Origin: a virus | IMG/VR virus record: IMGVR_UViG_3300049259_000177 | Coordinates: 1 to 64,000 of that record | Length of the DNA: 64,000 nucleotides | Direction: 5' to 3' (one strand) | Shown: in pieces, positions 26,499 to 35,738 of the stretch | How positions within the stretch are numbered: the first letter of the stretch is position 1 | Layout: every line of letters starts with the position of its first letter | Translations under genes and position numbers: made by a program | The notes under the pieces: model-generated | Databases searched by the model: none | Seen by the model: only the letters and a program-made list of their open reading frames with translations | What the model was told of the DNA's origin: nothing

Positions 26499-26721
26499 GT
26501 GGCACGTCGGGCGTCGGGCGTGGTTTCGACAGGGTGAACCGCACGAGTGACACGCTCACGCCCAATCGGCGGGCGATCTCCGGCGGGCGCAGCGAAGCGT
26601 CCTCGACGCGCATGTCGTGGATGGCGGCATCGCGGCGGGCTCGGGCACAGGCGGCAGCCGACTCGTGGCGCTGCTCGTCGGCGATTGCCTGCTTCGCGCG
26701 AACCTCCGGGGTGGCGCTCAC
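26491..26721 (-). CDS. small HTH DNA-binding protein
   Basis: RDAAIHDM.....PPEIARRLGVSVSLVR. Confidence 0.75.
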   Translation of the reverse strand: MSATPEVRAKQAIADEQRHESAAACARARRDAAIHDMRVEDASLRPPEIARRLGVSVSLVRFTLSKPRPTPDVPRK

Positions 26722-27296
26722 GGGGTGATCACGGGCAGTGGGCCCAGGTGATAGGGGTCGCCGGGTGCGGGCAGGTACGCGCCGACGCACGGCAACAACA
26801 GGACCCGGCGCCCACCGTAGAGCACGACCGGCACGTCGTCGGGTTCGAGGTTGTTCTCCCGGTCGATCAGCCAGCCGAGCGCGCGGGCGGTGTTGCGGTT
26901 GCTCTCGATCCATCCGTGCACGCCGGTGGTGCCGTCGCCGGTGACCGCGAGCAGGTTCGCCAGCGAGTTCGTGTTCGGCCGGTCGGTGCCGCCCATCCCG
27001 CGCGCTCGCCGGTGGTGCGCGCTCCATCGCCCGGCCCGCAGTGGCGCACCGGTGACCTCGCACCGGCCGCCGCAGCGCAGGATCAGCATGTTGCGCACAG
27101 CCGACCATTCGGCCCGGTCGAGGTGCGCCTTCGGGAACGGCGCCGAGTTGCCCCAGTCCAGCCCGCATGAGCAGACGTAGGACAGGTCACCGTCGGCGTC
27201 CCAGGGCAGGGCTCCACCGCAGTGTGGGCAGCGCGACTCGGTGACGATCGGCCGATTGCCGGTGTCACGGAACGCCGGTGATTTCACCCGACCCAT
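26718..27296 (-). CDS. HNH endonuclease
   Basis: RCGGRCE...HHRRARGMGG...NLLAV.G.GTTG.HGWIE. Confidence 0.8.
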   Translation of the reverse strand: MGRVKSPAFRDTGNRPIVTESRCPHCGGALPWDADGDLSYVCSCGLDWGNSAPFPKAHLDRAEWSAVRNMLILRCGGRCEVTGAPLRAGRWSAHHRRARGMGGTDRPNTNSLANLLAVTGDGTTGVHGWIESNRNTARALGWLIDRENNLEPDDVPVVLYGGRRVLLLPCVGAYLPAPGDPYHLGPLPVITP

Positions 27297-27520
27297 CGGA
27301 CCCGGCCTCGCAGGTCGACGTGCTGGCGCGCGCCGCAGCGTTGGCAGACGACGTGACTGGCGTCGACGTGCACGGCCGCGCCGGTACCGCCGGTGACGAA
27401 CGCCACCGAGTCGACCGTCGCCTTGTCGATGATCTTGAGCGGCCGGTGGTGCGCGATGCGGCAGGCGGTGCGGCGGATGGCTTGCTTGATGTCCTGCCAC
27501 AGTGGCCCCGGGTTCACCAC
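27284..27520 (-). CDS. small zinc-ribbon protein
   Basis: C...H...CQRCG. Confidence 0.6.
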   Translation of the reverse strand: MVNPGPLWQDIKQAIRRTACRIAHHRPLKIIDKATVDSVAFVTGGTGAAVHVDASHVVCQRCGARQHVDLRGRVRWVG

Positions 27521-28242
27521 GTCATCTCACCGCCGTCGATGCGCTCGCCGGACACCTTGAGCACGGTGCAGTCGTCGAGGAGGCGTTGAACGATCGGGTC
27601 GCCGTAGCGCTCGACAAGCCCGTCGTAGCCGAGGTTGGTCGTCGATGCGGTCCGTAGCCCCTCCCGGTTGCGATGGTCGAGGACCCGCTGCAACTGCTCC
27701 AACGTCCACGCGGACACCTGCTCCCGGCCGATGTCGTCGAGCACGAGTAGTCCGACACCGGTCGCCCGGTGGTAGGCGGTGTCATCACCATCGGGACGCA
27801 GTGCCGCGTTGAGGTCCGCGAGCGACCACGCGGCTGCGTAGCCGCCCTCGGCGACATAGGTGTTGCCCAGGGCATAGACCCCGAAGGTCTTGCCGTGGCG
27901 ACTGGGACCGGCGAGCAGCAGGTTCAGCGCCTTCGGGTCCTCGCCGACGGCGAGCGCGAGCCAGTCGCGCAGCAGAGCGGGTCGTTGCTGCGGCCGTAGC
28001 GCGTCCAGGCTGGCGTTCACGTACCGGCGTGGCAACCGGCCCCGCCAGACCCATTCGCGCGCTTCCTGCTGGCGGCGCTGGCGCTCAGCCGCGTCCTCGG
28101 CGGGCTCGACGGTCTCGGCCGGAGCGGGCTCGACGTCACCGAACCGGTCCCGCACCTCCGCCATGATCTTGCCGAACGGCATCGGACCGGCATCTTCGAG
28201 CGCGGCACGCACCGGCTCGGGTGCGTGGCGGTGCATTCTCAC
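27514..28242 (-). CDS. DnaC/IstB-like ATPase (helicase loader)
   Basis: Walker A GPSRHGKT, Walker B LLVLDDIG, TTN motif; LPRRY..ASL. Confidence 0.9.
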   Translation of the reverse strand: MRMHRHAPEPVRAALEDAGPMPFGKIMAEVRDRFGDVEPAPAETVEPAEDAAERQRRQQEAREWVWRGRLPRRYVNASLDALRPQQRPALLRDWLALAVGEDPKALNLLLAGPSRHGKTFGVYALGNTYVAEGGYAAAWSLADLNAALRPDGDDTAYHRATGVGLLVLDDIGREQVSAWTLEQLQRVLDHRNREGLRTASTTNLGYDGLVERYGDPIVQRLLDDCTVLKVSGERIDGGEMTW

Positions 28243-29162
28243 CCGGTCTCCTCGAACATCGCCCGCTGCTCCTGGCGCAACGTGTCCTGTCCAGTGTCGA
28301 CGTGCTTGGTCGCAACCTGCCGCGTCACCCCGCCCAACGACGACTTGCCTTCACGCATCGCCCGGCAGGCGCGATCGAGTTGGGCAGTCGACGGCCAGAC
28401 CGTGTCGTCGCGGGTCTTTATCGCCCGCAATGCGTCAGCGATTTCTCGCTGAGTGAACCCTGAGCGTCGGGCCCCACGGATGAGGTTGCGGAAGCCCGGG
28501 AACCCTGAGCCCCTCCCGGCAGTCACCGGCTTCGGATCGAGGCCCTCCCACCACCACGTCGCGACCTCGTCAGCCTCTTGCTCGGGCGTCTTCTCCCCGG
28601 CCGCCTGCGTCGCAGGCGGATCTTTGGTTCCCTCGGTAGTTGCTACCTCGGTAGTGGTTCCTTCTGTACTTACTCCACCCGGGTTTCCCGCATCCGGGTC
28701 GCCCGCATCCGGGTCGCCCGGTTCCTGAGAATCCGTGTCTGGAACGCTCGAAGGGCTCGGATTCTCCGGTTCCTGAGAATCCGTGTCTGGCGATGACCTG
28801 GGCGTTTGCTTGTCCTCGGCGCCCTCCTGTTTGTTGTCCGCGCCACCCTTGCCGTCAGCGTTGAGTGCGTAGCGGGTGCGGCGCAGGTTGCCCTCGTAGT
28901 AAGGCTCGCGCTCCATGAGGTCGGCGACGGCTAACTCCCTCAGCGCGGTATAGATGGCATCACGACCCTCTTTGAACACCGTCGCGAGGTGGTTCGCGCG
29001 GCACGTCCAGCCATCAGGGCGCCCGATCAAGTAGACGAAGATGCCCCAGGCGCGGGCGCTGAGTTTGCCGTCGGCGGGGAGCAGGTCGTTGTAGACCACG
29101 GTGTAGCCGCGCCGCCGTCGCACGACGATGCCGGGACCACCCTGTTCGACTTCCTCCGTCAT
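28239..29162 (-). CDS. replication initiator (replisome organiser, N-terminal wHTH)
   Basis: YTVVYN...LSARAWGIFVYL..RPDGW...EGRDAIYTALREL; upstream of DnaC; internal repeats. Confidence 0.85.
   Translation of the reverse strand: MTEEVEQGGPGIVVRRRRGYTVVYNDLLPADGKLSARAWGIFVYLIGRPDGWTCRANHLATVFKEGRDAIYTALRELAVADLMEREPYYEGNLRRTRYALNADGKGGADNKQEGAEDKQTPRSSPDTDSQEPENPSPSSVPDTDSQEPGDPDAGDPDAGNPGGVSTEGTTTEVATTEGTKDPPATQAAGEKTPEQEADEVATWWWEGLDPKPVTAGRGSGFPGFRNLIRGARRSGFTQREIADALRAIKTRDDTVWPSTAQLDRACRAMREGKSSLGGVTRQVATKHVDTGQDTLRQEQRAMFEETG
28621..28790. repeat. iteron-like repeats, putative replication origin
   Basis: 25-bp repeat at 28718-28742/28766-28790, tandem 15-mer at 28687-28716, adjacent AT-richer tract. 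Confidence 0.7.
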
Positions 29163-29602
29163 GCGGCTCGCCATTCTTCGAGTAGGCGTCGGCCCTTCGA
29201 GGAGTTGCAGGGTTGGCACGCCAGCACGAGGTTGTCTGCTCCATTGCCGCCGCCTCGGCTGCGCGGCACGACGTGATCGACGGTGTGCGCCCAGATCGGT
29301 AGCGGGGCGGCACAGTAAGCGCATCCAAAGCCGTCCCGCAAGCCAAGAGTCACGTACCGGCGCACCTTGACCGGGAGGTTCTTCGGTCCCGGCCACTCCG
29401 AGCCCTTGGCGATCTGCTTCAACGTGAAGGTGAGGCCGACACCCTCAGCAAGCGCCAGCATCTCCCGCACGTACTCCACGTCCAGTGCGGCGGAGCAGTA
29501 CCCACACGACCGACAACAGCCATGTGGATCAGCCTCGCTCCGAGGCCGCGTCAAGTCGACGGCGACCCACTCATCGGGCGGGGCTGACAGCGCGATGCTC
29601 AC
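29159..29602 (-). CDS. HNH endonuclease (McrA-like)
   Basis: RDG..CAYC...TVDHVVPRSRGG....DNLVLACQPCNSSKG. Confidence 0.9.
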   Translation of the reverse strand: MSIALSAPPDEWVAVDLTRPRSEADPHGCCRSCGYCSAALDVEYVREMLALAEGVGLTFTLKQIAKGSEWPGPKNLPVKVRRYVTLGLRDGFGCAYCAAPLPIWAHTVDHVVPRSRGGGNGADNLVLACQPCNSSKGRRLLEEWRAA

Positions 29603-30090
29603 CGGGGCTCCGCCTCCTCCTGGGCCGCCTTGGCGATGCGGTGCAGTAGATCGCGGGCGGCGCGCAGTTCGTCGGCCTGCTGGGCGACACGGAACCCCGG
29701 TCCGTCCCCGAGCCGCTTGGTGGCAGCAGTGAACGCGACGTCGACATCGGTCGGCGAACTGAGCAGCGATCGCCAGCCTTCCGTGACCTGGGTGTAGCGC
29801 GGATGGTCAGACTGCTCCGCGAGCCACTGGGCGGTCTGCTCGGCCGACTCCTCCTGCTTGACGTGCTGGTCGCGGGTGAGCGCTCGGGCCTGGTCGACGG
29901 CCGCGACGAGGGCGACGTCGGCCCGCGCCAGAGCAACGTCGTACTCCCCGCCGAGTTCCCCGCCGAGCACATCGACCACGAGCCCCTTCGGGCAACCGGT
30001 CACCGCCTCGATCACCGCCTCGGTGATGCCGATGCAGCCAAGCAGCCGGACGACCCGGGCAACATCGGCAGAGACCGGGCCGTCGTTCAC
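29599..30090 (-). CDS. hypothetical protein
   Basis: coupled ORF. Confidence 0.7.
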   Translation of the reverse strand: MNDGPVSADVARVVRLLGCIGITEAVIEAVTGCPKGLVVDVLGGELGGEYDVALARADVALVAAVDQARALTRDQHVKQEESAEQTAQWLAEQSDHPRYTQVTEGWRSLLSSPTDVDVAFTAATKRLGDGPGFRVAQQADELRAARDLLHRIAKAAQEEAEPR

Positions 30091-30449
30091 AACGCGACGC
30101 CGACGTCACCGGCTTCGACGGCGCGTTCGAGATCCCCTCGCATCTTGCGGCGCTGCCGCGCGGACGCGGCCCCCCACACGCCTTCCGGGGTGCGGGTCGT
30201 CTGCGAGTAGGCGAGACACTCGTCGGCGACCGAGCAGCGCTGGCACAGCCGTTTGGCGGCAGTGGCCTTGCGGTGCTTCGGCGGGAAGAACGCGTCTGGG
30301 TCGATGCCATCGACACACAGGGCGTCGTCCATCCAGTCGGTGTTTCCGGCGTCGGCTGGGAACAGTAGCGACCAGTCGAAATCGTCCGGCAACTGTAGTG
30401 GCGTGCTCGCCACCTCCGGTACGAACTCGGTCTCGGCTTCGATCGTCAC
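30087..30449 (-). CDS. whiB: WhiB-family transcription factor
   Basis: W..DALC....PDAFFP....AKRLC.RC.V..ECL.Y......GVWG....QRR. Confidence 0.92.
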   Translation of the reverse strand: MTIEAETEFVPEVASTPLQLPDDFDWSLLFPADAGNTDWMDDALCVDGIDPDAFFPPKHRKATAAKRLCQRCSVADECLAYSQTTRTPEGVWGAASARQRRKMRGDLERAVEAGDVGVAL

Positions 30450-31840
30450 GCGGTCACCGCCTGCTGGTCGTCGGGGGTTGCTAGCGGCACCACGGCGTCA
30501 GGGGCGCTGGCGAGCACTTCCTCGGGGGTCGGGGGCTTGGGCTTGCCGGGCCGCTTCGCGGCGCGGACCGGCTTGACCGAGGTCCACTTGTCTCGGCGCT
30601 TCGGCGGGTCCGGCAAGGCGGCAAGTCGTGGCCGCGCGTCGTCGGGCTCGTCGAACAAGCCCTCCAATTGGGCAACGCGTTTCTTCGGGTCCGGCATCCA
30701 CCGTCCGCTCTCGCCGACCTCGAACGCGCCGTAGGTGTCCGGCGGCACGCCATCGAGCAGCGCGAGCCCCTCTTTCTCCTGCCTCTCGGCGGCGGACTTG
30801 CGCTGCTTGGCGTCGTACGTCGCGGCGGCGAAGTATTCGACCTCGACCGGGTCGACGTCTTCACCGAGCACCGTCAACGACTCCGGTGAGCGGCCGAGCG
30901 CCTTCGCTTTCGGAATGTTCCAGCAGTGACTACGAGCAAAACAGCCCCGGCAGATGCCGTCGGTGCTCGGCCCGGAGCGGGTGCGCGGCAGGTGACCACC
31001 GGCGTCGAGTGTCGCGGCATAGCCGAGCAGCCGATCGAGGGCCTGCTGTGCACGCTCCTCGTCGTAGGGCCGGGCGAAGACCTCGTCGTGGCCGTTCTCG
31101 CGCTTGATGTAGACGAGCCGCACGGTGTGCACCGGGAAGCCCATGCGGATCATCGCCAGCGCGTAGATGTAGACCTGCTCCCACGTCTCCTCGTCGGGCC
31201 CCTCGTCGCCGAGATGGTCCCACTTCCAGTTGCCTGCCGTCTTCCCGTCATCGAGGGTCATCGTGACCGGGTCGTAGCGGTCGAGCCGGGTGTTCTTCGA
31301 GTCCAGTCCCGGCACTTGCACGACGTACTCGTGCAGACGCCACGGGTAGAGCACCTCGGAGACGTTCACCCAGTCGCGGTGGACCATCGCGCCGATGCGC
31401 GCGGGTCGCTTGTCTTCCGGGTCCGGCTTGAAACCCTCCGGTGGTCGCTCGCGGTACTCGATCGCCTTGGGGCAGTTCGCTGTGTCCGACGGCCCGATGC
31501 CGAGAGTGCCTTCGGCGCGCGGGGTGCGCTTGGCGCGCTCGCGCCGCTCGAACTCCCGCAGTTCGTCGCCGAAGGTCATCTCCGATGCGTTGAGGGCTTT
31601 CTCGACGAGCACGTCGACGACGTCGCGCCGGTAGCGAGCACAGCCGGTGCGGGGGCACTTGCCGGATCGACTGGTACCGGTGTGCTCCCAGCGTGGCGCA
31701 CTACAGACACACGGTTCGGGCGCCGGGCCCATCGGAGTGTCCGAGTCGGTGAGCCGGGCGAGCACGCGCTCGCGCGCCTGCTCGATCGGTAGTCGGCGTA
31801 GCCTTGGTGGCAACACCGGTTGCTCGACAATGGTGGTCAC
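30446..31840 (-). CDS. Cas4/RecE-like PD-(D/E)xK exonuclease
   Basis: PS....CPK..Y, G..VH, LD...DGKT, Q..IY, C..C.....C; N-terminal zinc motif. Confidence 0.8.
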   Translation of the reverse strand: MTTIVEQPVLPPRLRRLPIEQARERVLARLTDSDTPMGPAPEPCVCSAPRWEHTGTSRSGKCPRTGCARYRRDVVDVLVEKALNASEMTFGDELREFERRERAKRTPRAEGTLGIGPSDTANCPKAIEYRERPPEGFKPDPEDKRPARIGAMVHRDWVNVSEVLYPWRLHEYVVQVPGLDSKNTRLDRYDPVTMTLDDGKTAGNWKWDHLGDEGPDEETWEQVYIYALAMIRMGFPVHTVRLVYIKRENGHDEVFARPYDEERAQQALDRLLGYAATLDAGGHLPRTRSGPSTDGICRGCFARSHCWNIPKAKALGRSPESLTVLGEDVDPVEVEYFAAATYDAKQRKSAAERQEKEGLALLDGVPPDTYGAFEVGESGRWMPDPKKRVAQLEGLFDEPDDARPRLAALPDPPKRRDKWTSVKPVRAAKRPGKPKPPTPEEVLASAPDAVVPLATPDDQQAVTA

Positions 31841-31857
31841 GTCGATCCTCCTGACTT

Positions 31858-32049
31858 GCCGGGGTTCGCTCTCCCCGGCGGGGGTGGCGGCTGAGGTCGA
31901 GACGCGGGACGCTACGCCTCGGCCTCACTAACGTCGCGTCGAGCGGCGCTAAGTGGGTGTGCTTTCACAGTAGGGGAACCTAGCGCACCCCGCCGACAGA
32001 AACCGACAACCCGTTACGGGTTGTCGGTTCGGCGTGTCGGGTGTACGGT
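31858..32049. promoter_or_regulatory. divergent control region
   Basis: hairpin B 31858-31879, class-C promoter 31909-31942, box-A variant 31947-31959, 29-bp palindrome 32001-32029, TTGTCG-N17-TACGGT 32021-32049. Confidence 0.75.
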
Positions 32050-32103
32050 CTCAGCACCTTGTCGGGCACCGGCCCGGCCACCACGAGCAAGAGGAGTGTC
32101 GTC

Positions 32104-32706
32104 ATGCACACCGTCAAGGCACGCCCGATCACCGTCGCCGACGTCGAGGTCGGCCGCAAGATCCTCCACGCACACGGCGTCGGCTACGTCGACGCGGAGG
32201 TTGTCAACGTCCGTACCAAAGAGCGCGTCCGCCGTGAGGGTGGCGACCGGGGCCCTGTCGTCGAGACCGGAACCGAGACCCACTTCGGCATCCGCAGCGC
32301 CACCGGCTACGAGACGGGCGGTGCGTTCTATCCGGCGTTCCTGCCGCCGCAGTCCCGTGGCTCGGACCCTGGTCTGTCCTTCCTTGTTCCCGACGAGGAC
32401 GGCGAGATCGAGGCGCCGGTGCTCGACTACATCGGCTGCGTCACCCGAGGCATCGGACTCAACGTGTTCATCCGTGACGAGACCGACCCGGAGGTCGCCG
32501 CTAAGCGGGTGCGCGAAGCGCTCGGCGATGCCGGACTGGAAGTCATCGGCGACGCCGTGACCTGCGTACCCGTCACCGAGCAACGTGTCGTTATCTACGA
32601 CATCGGCAACGACAGCCCTCGGGGCGTCTGCTTCGAGCACGAGTCGTCGACGATCTCCAAGCGCAGTGCGTACCGCACCGACTACCTGCCCGTCGGGGCT
32701 CAGTGA
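32104..32706 (+). CDS. hypothetical protein
   Basis: AGAGGAG RBS; contains a box-A copy at 32499-32511. Confidence 0.75.
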   Translation: MHTVKARPITVADVEVGRKILHAHGVGYVDAEVVNVRTKERVRREGGDRGPVVETGTETHFGIRSATGYETGGAFYPAFLPPQSRGSDPGLSFLVPDEDGEIEAPVLDYIGCVTRGIGLNVFIRDETDPEVAAKRVREALGDAGLEVIGDAVTCVPVTEQRVVIYDIGNDSPRGVCFEHESSTISKRSAYRTDYLPVGAQ

Positions 32707-33086
32707 CCGAGGGCGAACGCGAGGGCTGGCCGAAAGGCTGGCCCTCGCCGGTGCTGGACCCGACGATGCACCCCCGAGTCATGGAGATCTGCGACCCGGA
32801 CACCTCGGAGGTGCTCGGCGGCGCGGTTTTCGGTGAGGACGACGAGTACGTCATCGTGAACCCGGCGACGCTTGCGACGCTGCGTGACTTCCCCACCTGC
32901 CATGTCGCCAGCGGGCCGCCACAGATGCCGCCCTGGCGGGTCGAAACGCCGGTCTACGCGGCGCTGGTCGACACGCTCGGCATCGAGCCCGTCGGCGTAG
33001 CCGCACGGCAGTGGACCGACGTGATCGCGAACGCGGTCTGGCACGACACCGGCGTGTCCTGGGATCGGCTTGCACTCTCACGCTAA
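32703..33086 (+). CDS. hypothetical protein
   Basis: GTGA overlap; stop lies inside box A. Confidence 0.7.
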   Translation: MTEGEREGWPKGWPSPVLDPTMHPRVMEICDPDTSEVLGGAVFGEDDEYVIVNPATLATLRDFPTCHVASGPPQMPPWRVETPVYAALVDTLGIEPVGVAARQWTDVIANAVWHDTGVSWDRLALSR

Positions 33087-33134
33087 GCGGGTGTACGATG
33101 AGCCGACGCGGGAGAGCGACCCGCCGGACAGGAG
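33070..33134 (+). promoter_or_regulatory. box-A promoter cassette with hairpin B
   Basis: TTGCAC-N18-TACGAT; gcggg-AGAGCGA-cccgc at 33108-33124; ACAGGAG. Confidence 0.88.
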
Positions 33135-33142
33135 ACAGGGCA

Positions 33143-34111
33143 ATGATCGAGAACCTCGCCACCGCAACACCTTCCGAGATCGACACCGTGCTTGCCGACC
33201 TCTACGACAAGGCGTGGGCGCTGGGCATGGAGTGCTCGCGCCGTGTCGACGCCGTGTTCTACGAGGCCGGTGCAAAGCGGGTCAGCCGCAGCGCCCGCCA
33301 CCGCGACTGGAACATGACGCTCGACGAGGCGACGGCCGTCGTCGAGGCCAGGGCCAGCGAGGGCAACGAGAAGTCCTGGGAGCGCGCAGGCGCACAGCAC
33401 GTGCTCGACGCTCTCGCCGACGCCCGCAAGGCCTCCGCTGCCAACCGTGACGAGCAGGCCCCCCTGCACGCCGAGTTCACCCGGCGTGGCGGCTGGACCC
33501 GCGCGTTCCTCGTCGTCACTCAGGGCACCGGCCATGTTCATTCGTCGATGCACTGCTCGACCTGCTTCGACACGACCCAGTTCGCCTGGCTCCCCGAGTT
33601 GTCCGGCAGCGACGAGACCGCCATCGTGGCCGCCGCCGGTCAGGACGCCTGCACCGTCTGCTACCCGAGTGCGCCGGTCGACACCGCAGGCCCGCGCAGC
33701 ATCTACTCGAAGGGCGAGCGCAAGACGGCCGAGGAGCGCGCGACCTGGCAGGCCGAACTCGCCGAGAAGCGCGCCGTGCGGGAAGCCAAGGCGATCTATG
33801 ACGTGGACGGCTCGACGCTCCGCGACGGCCACGGCTTCGAGATCAAGACCGAGCGCACCGCGCAGACCGTCTATGTCAACGCCGCCGCCGATGCCATCCG
33901 CTACGCAGCCGAGGCCGAGGGGCCGATCGCCTCGTGGGTTACCCGGGGCCACGACGAGTACCGGGCGCACCTGCGCACGCTGGCAGTCGAGTACGCCGCA
34001 CAGGCCGAGCGCGTCCTGGCCGCCCTTGCCGCCAAGCGGGCCACGACGGTCGAGGAGCAGCGCGAGGCGCTGGCCCGCAAGGTTTCCGCCAAGGTCAAGC
34101 AGAACGCCTGA
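33143..34111 (+). CDS. hypothetical protein with H-x-H..C..C / C..C metal motif
   Basis: GWTRAFLV...GHVHSSMHCSTC...CTVCYPSAP. Confidence 0.85.
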   Translation: MIENLATATPSEIDTVLADLYDKAWALGMECSRRVDAVFYEAGAKRVSRSARHRDWNMTLDEATAVVEARASEGNEKSWERAGAQHVLDALADARKASAANRDEQAPLHAEFTRRGGWTRAFLVVTQGTGHVHSSMHCSTCFDTTQFAWLPELSGSDETAIVAAAGQDACTVCYPSAPVDTAGPRSIYSKGERKTAEERATWQAELAEKRAVREAKAIYDVDGSTLRDGHGFEIKTERTAQTVYVNAAADAIRYAAEAEGPIASWVTRGHDEYRAHLRTLAVEYAAQAERVLAALAAKRATTVEEQREALARKVSAKVKQNA

Positions 34112-34123
34112 GCGCAAACCACT

Positions 34124-34158
34124 AAGGGCCCTGGGCAAGTCGCCCGGGGCCCTTTCTT
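34124..34158. terminator. hairpin terminator between convergent genes
   Basis: AAGGGCCCTGGGC-aagtc-GCCCGGGGCCCTT followed by TCTT. Confidence 0.8.
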
Positions 34159-34426
34159 ACTGTCCGGGCTCGTTGAGAGCCTCGATGTGCGCCTTGAACT
34201 CGGCGTCACTGCGTTTCTTGATCGCGGCAGGACCCTTGCTCTTGTTCTTGACGTCGATGAAATTCCGGCCCATCTGCATCGGGGTGTCGGCGTCGATAAG
34301 CATGACGGGGTCCCCCTTACCTGCCCGAGCGCTGACCTGCCCGATGGCGTCCTGCTCGGTCTCGCCGTACACCTCGCAGATGTGGATGATCTCGCCGCTG
34401 CCCGGGTCGTACTCGATGTACTTCAT
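34157..34426 (-). CDS. small tail-fibre-associated protein
   Basis: last gene of the fibre operon, ATGA overlap. Confidence 0.65.
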   Translation of the reverse strand: MKYIEYDPGSGEIIHICEVYGETEQDAIGQVSARAGKGDPVMLIDADTPMQMGRNFIDVKNKSKGPAAIKKRSDAEFKAHIEALNEPGQ

Positions 34427-34764
34427 ACGTACTCCACCACTTCGTAGGAGATGGCGACGCCGCCCGAGTTGTTGACGTTGTTGAACCACGACAACGTGTT
34501 AGCGCTCGCGAGTTGCAGGTATCCCGCCACGGCGCCGCTCGCGCTGCTGTTGATCGCCGCGATGTTGATGAACGCCGACAGTAGGTTCACCTCCGCCTTT
34601 GCGGGGTTCACACTGGTCGGCAGGATGATCGTGGAGGTCAGGCCCGCCGACGTGGACTGGGGCTGGGCGACGCCCCGGATAACCTGCCTGATGACGGAGG
34701 TGCCCGCCGCGCTCGCGGCGCTACCGGCCGACAGTTTCGTGCTGCCAATCGTTTGCAGCGGCAT
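34423..34764 (-). CDS. minor tail / fibre-tip protein
   Basis: beta-rich, S/A/G/N composition, ends YEVVEYV. Confidence 0.7.
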   Translation of the reverse strand: MPLQTIGSTKLSAGSAASAAGTSVIRQVIRGVAQPQSTSAGLTSTIILPTSVNPAKAEVNLLSAFINIAAINSSASGAVAGYLQLASANTLSWFNNVNNSGGVAISYEVVEYV

Positions 34765-35738
34765 CAGGTCGTCACCACTCCCGATGCGTTCAGCGTGCAG
34801 CCCGGTCCGTTCGCCGACGCGGCGAGCACCTCGTTTGCGGCCATCGGCTGGCGCAGTTGGTACTGGCTGGTCGACTTGGCCGGAACGACCAGTCCGGGCA
34901 CGAGGATCGAGCCGCCGTCCTTGACGCGGAACGTGTGCTCGTACAGGTCGTCGTTGACCATCTCGATCTCGGTGATGGTGGTCGACACTCCGGCGCCACC
35001 GGAGGTATAGAGCGCCGTCGGCGGCGCCGCTTGCGGCGCCGCCGGGACAAGGAAGTTGGCGTACACGTAACCGGTGCCGACGTTGTTGTAGACCTGTGAC
35101 GCGAGGCTCTGTGTTCCCGCCGTCACCATGCTCCGATAGAAGAGGTACAGGTAGGCGCCAGCCGCCGCCGGGCCGCCGCCGACAAGGGTCCAGCCCGTCG
35201 GCGTGGTCACGGTGGCGGAGTTGCTGACGTGCACCTGCACGGCGGTGCCGAAACTCTTGGCGAACAGGTTGGGCGAGGAGGCAACACTCGTGCCTCCTGT
35301 CACCGTAACCCGGCTGAGCGCATACCAGCCGAGCACCGGGTCGCCGCCGGAGTAGACGGCGTAGACGAGTTGCGCTGAGTTGGTATTCGCGAAGCCGGGG
35401 GTCCACACGAACATCGTCGCCTCGTTGCCGTCGGCGACTTTGTAGTAGATCCACACGCTGCCGACAGCGGCGCTCTGTCCCCCGGGATAGAGCGGCCCAA
35501 TGCGGGTGTAACTCGCGAGCGCGCTGTCATCCTGTGTCGCCCCGGGGATAGATGATGACGAAGCGACGGTGAAGGCCAGGATGACGAAGTCGCCCGGCAG
35601 GATCGTCCCGAGTGTCACACCGTAGGACTGCGCGGAGCCGAGATTGCTGAGCCCGCTGGTACGTAGCGCGGGAGCGACCGGGGCGCTGTCGACGACGGCA
35701 GCGGCGCACAGCCGGGTCGGCGCAGCGGAGGCGACCAT
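34764..35738 (-). CDS. minor tail protein
   Basis: repeated P.GWT../VWIYYKVA beta-domains. Confidence 0.75.
   Translation of the reverse strand: MVASAAPTRLCAAAVVDSAPVAPALRTSGLSNLGSAQSYGVTLGTILPGDFVILAFTVASSSSIPGATQDDSALASYTRIGPLYPGGQSAAVGSVWIYYKVADGNEATMFVWTPGFANTNSAQLVYAVYSGGDPVLGWYALSRVTVTGGTSVASSPNLFAKSFGTAVQVHVSNSATVTTPTGWTLVGGGPAAAGAYLYLFYRSMVTAGTQSLASQVYNNVGTGYVYANFLVPAAPQAAPPTALYTSGGAGVSTTITEIEMVNDDLYEHTFRVKDGGSILVPGLVVPAKSTSQYQLRQPMAANEVLAASANGPGCTLNASGVVTT

Noticed and set aside
26718-29602. HNH genes as intron-encoded or RNA-guided nucleases
   Set aside because: Both are short, coupled within an operon, interrupt no gene and show no RuvC motifs; a link to the nearby 26128 RNA cannot be supported from sequence alone
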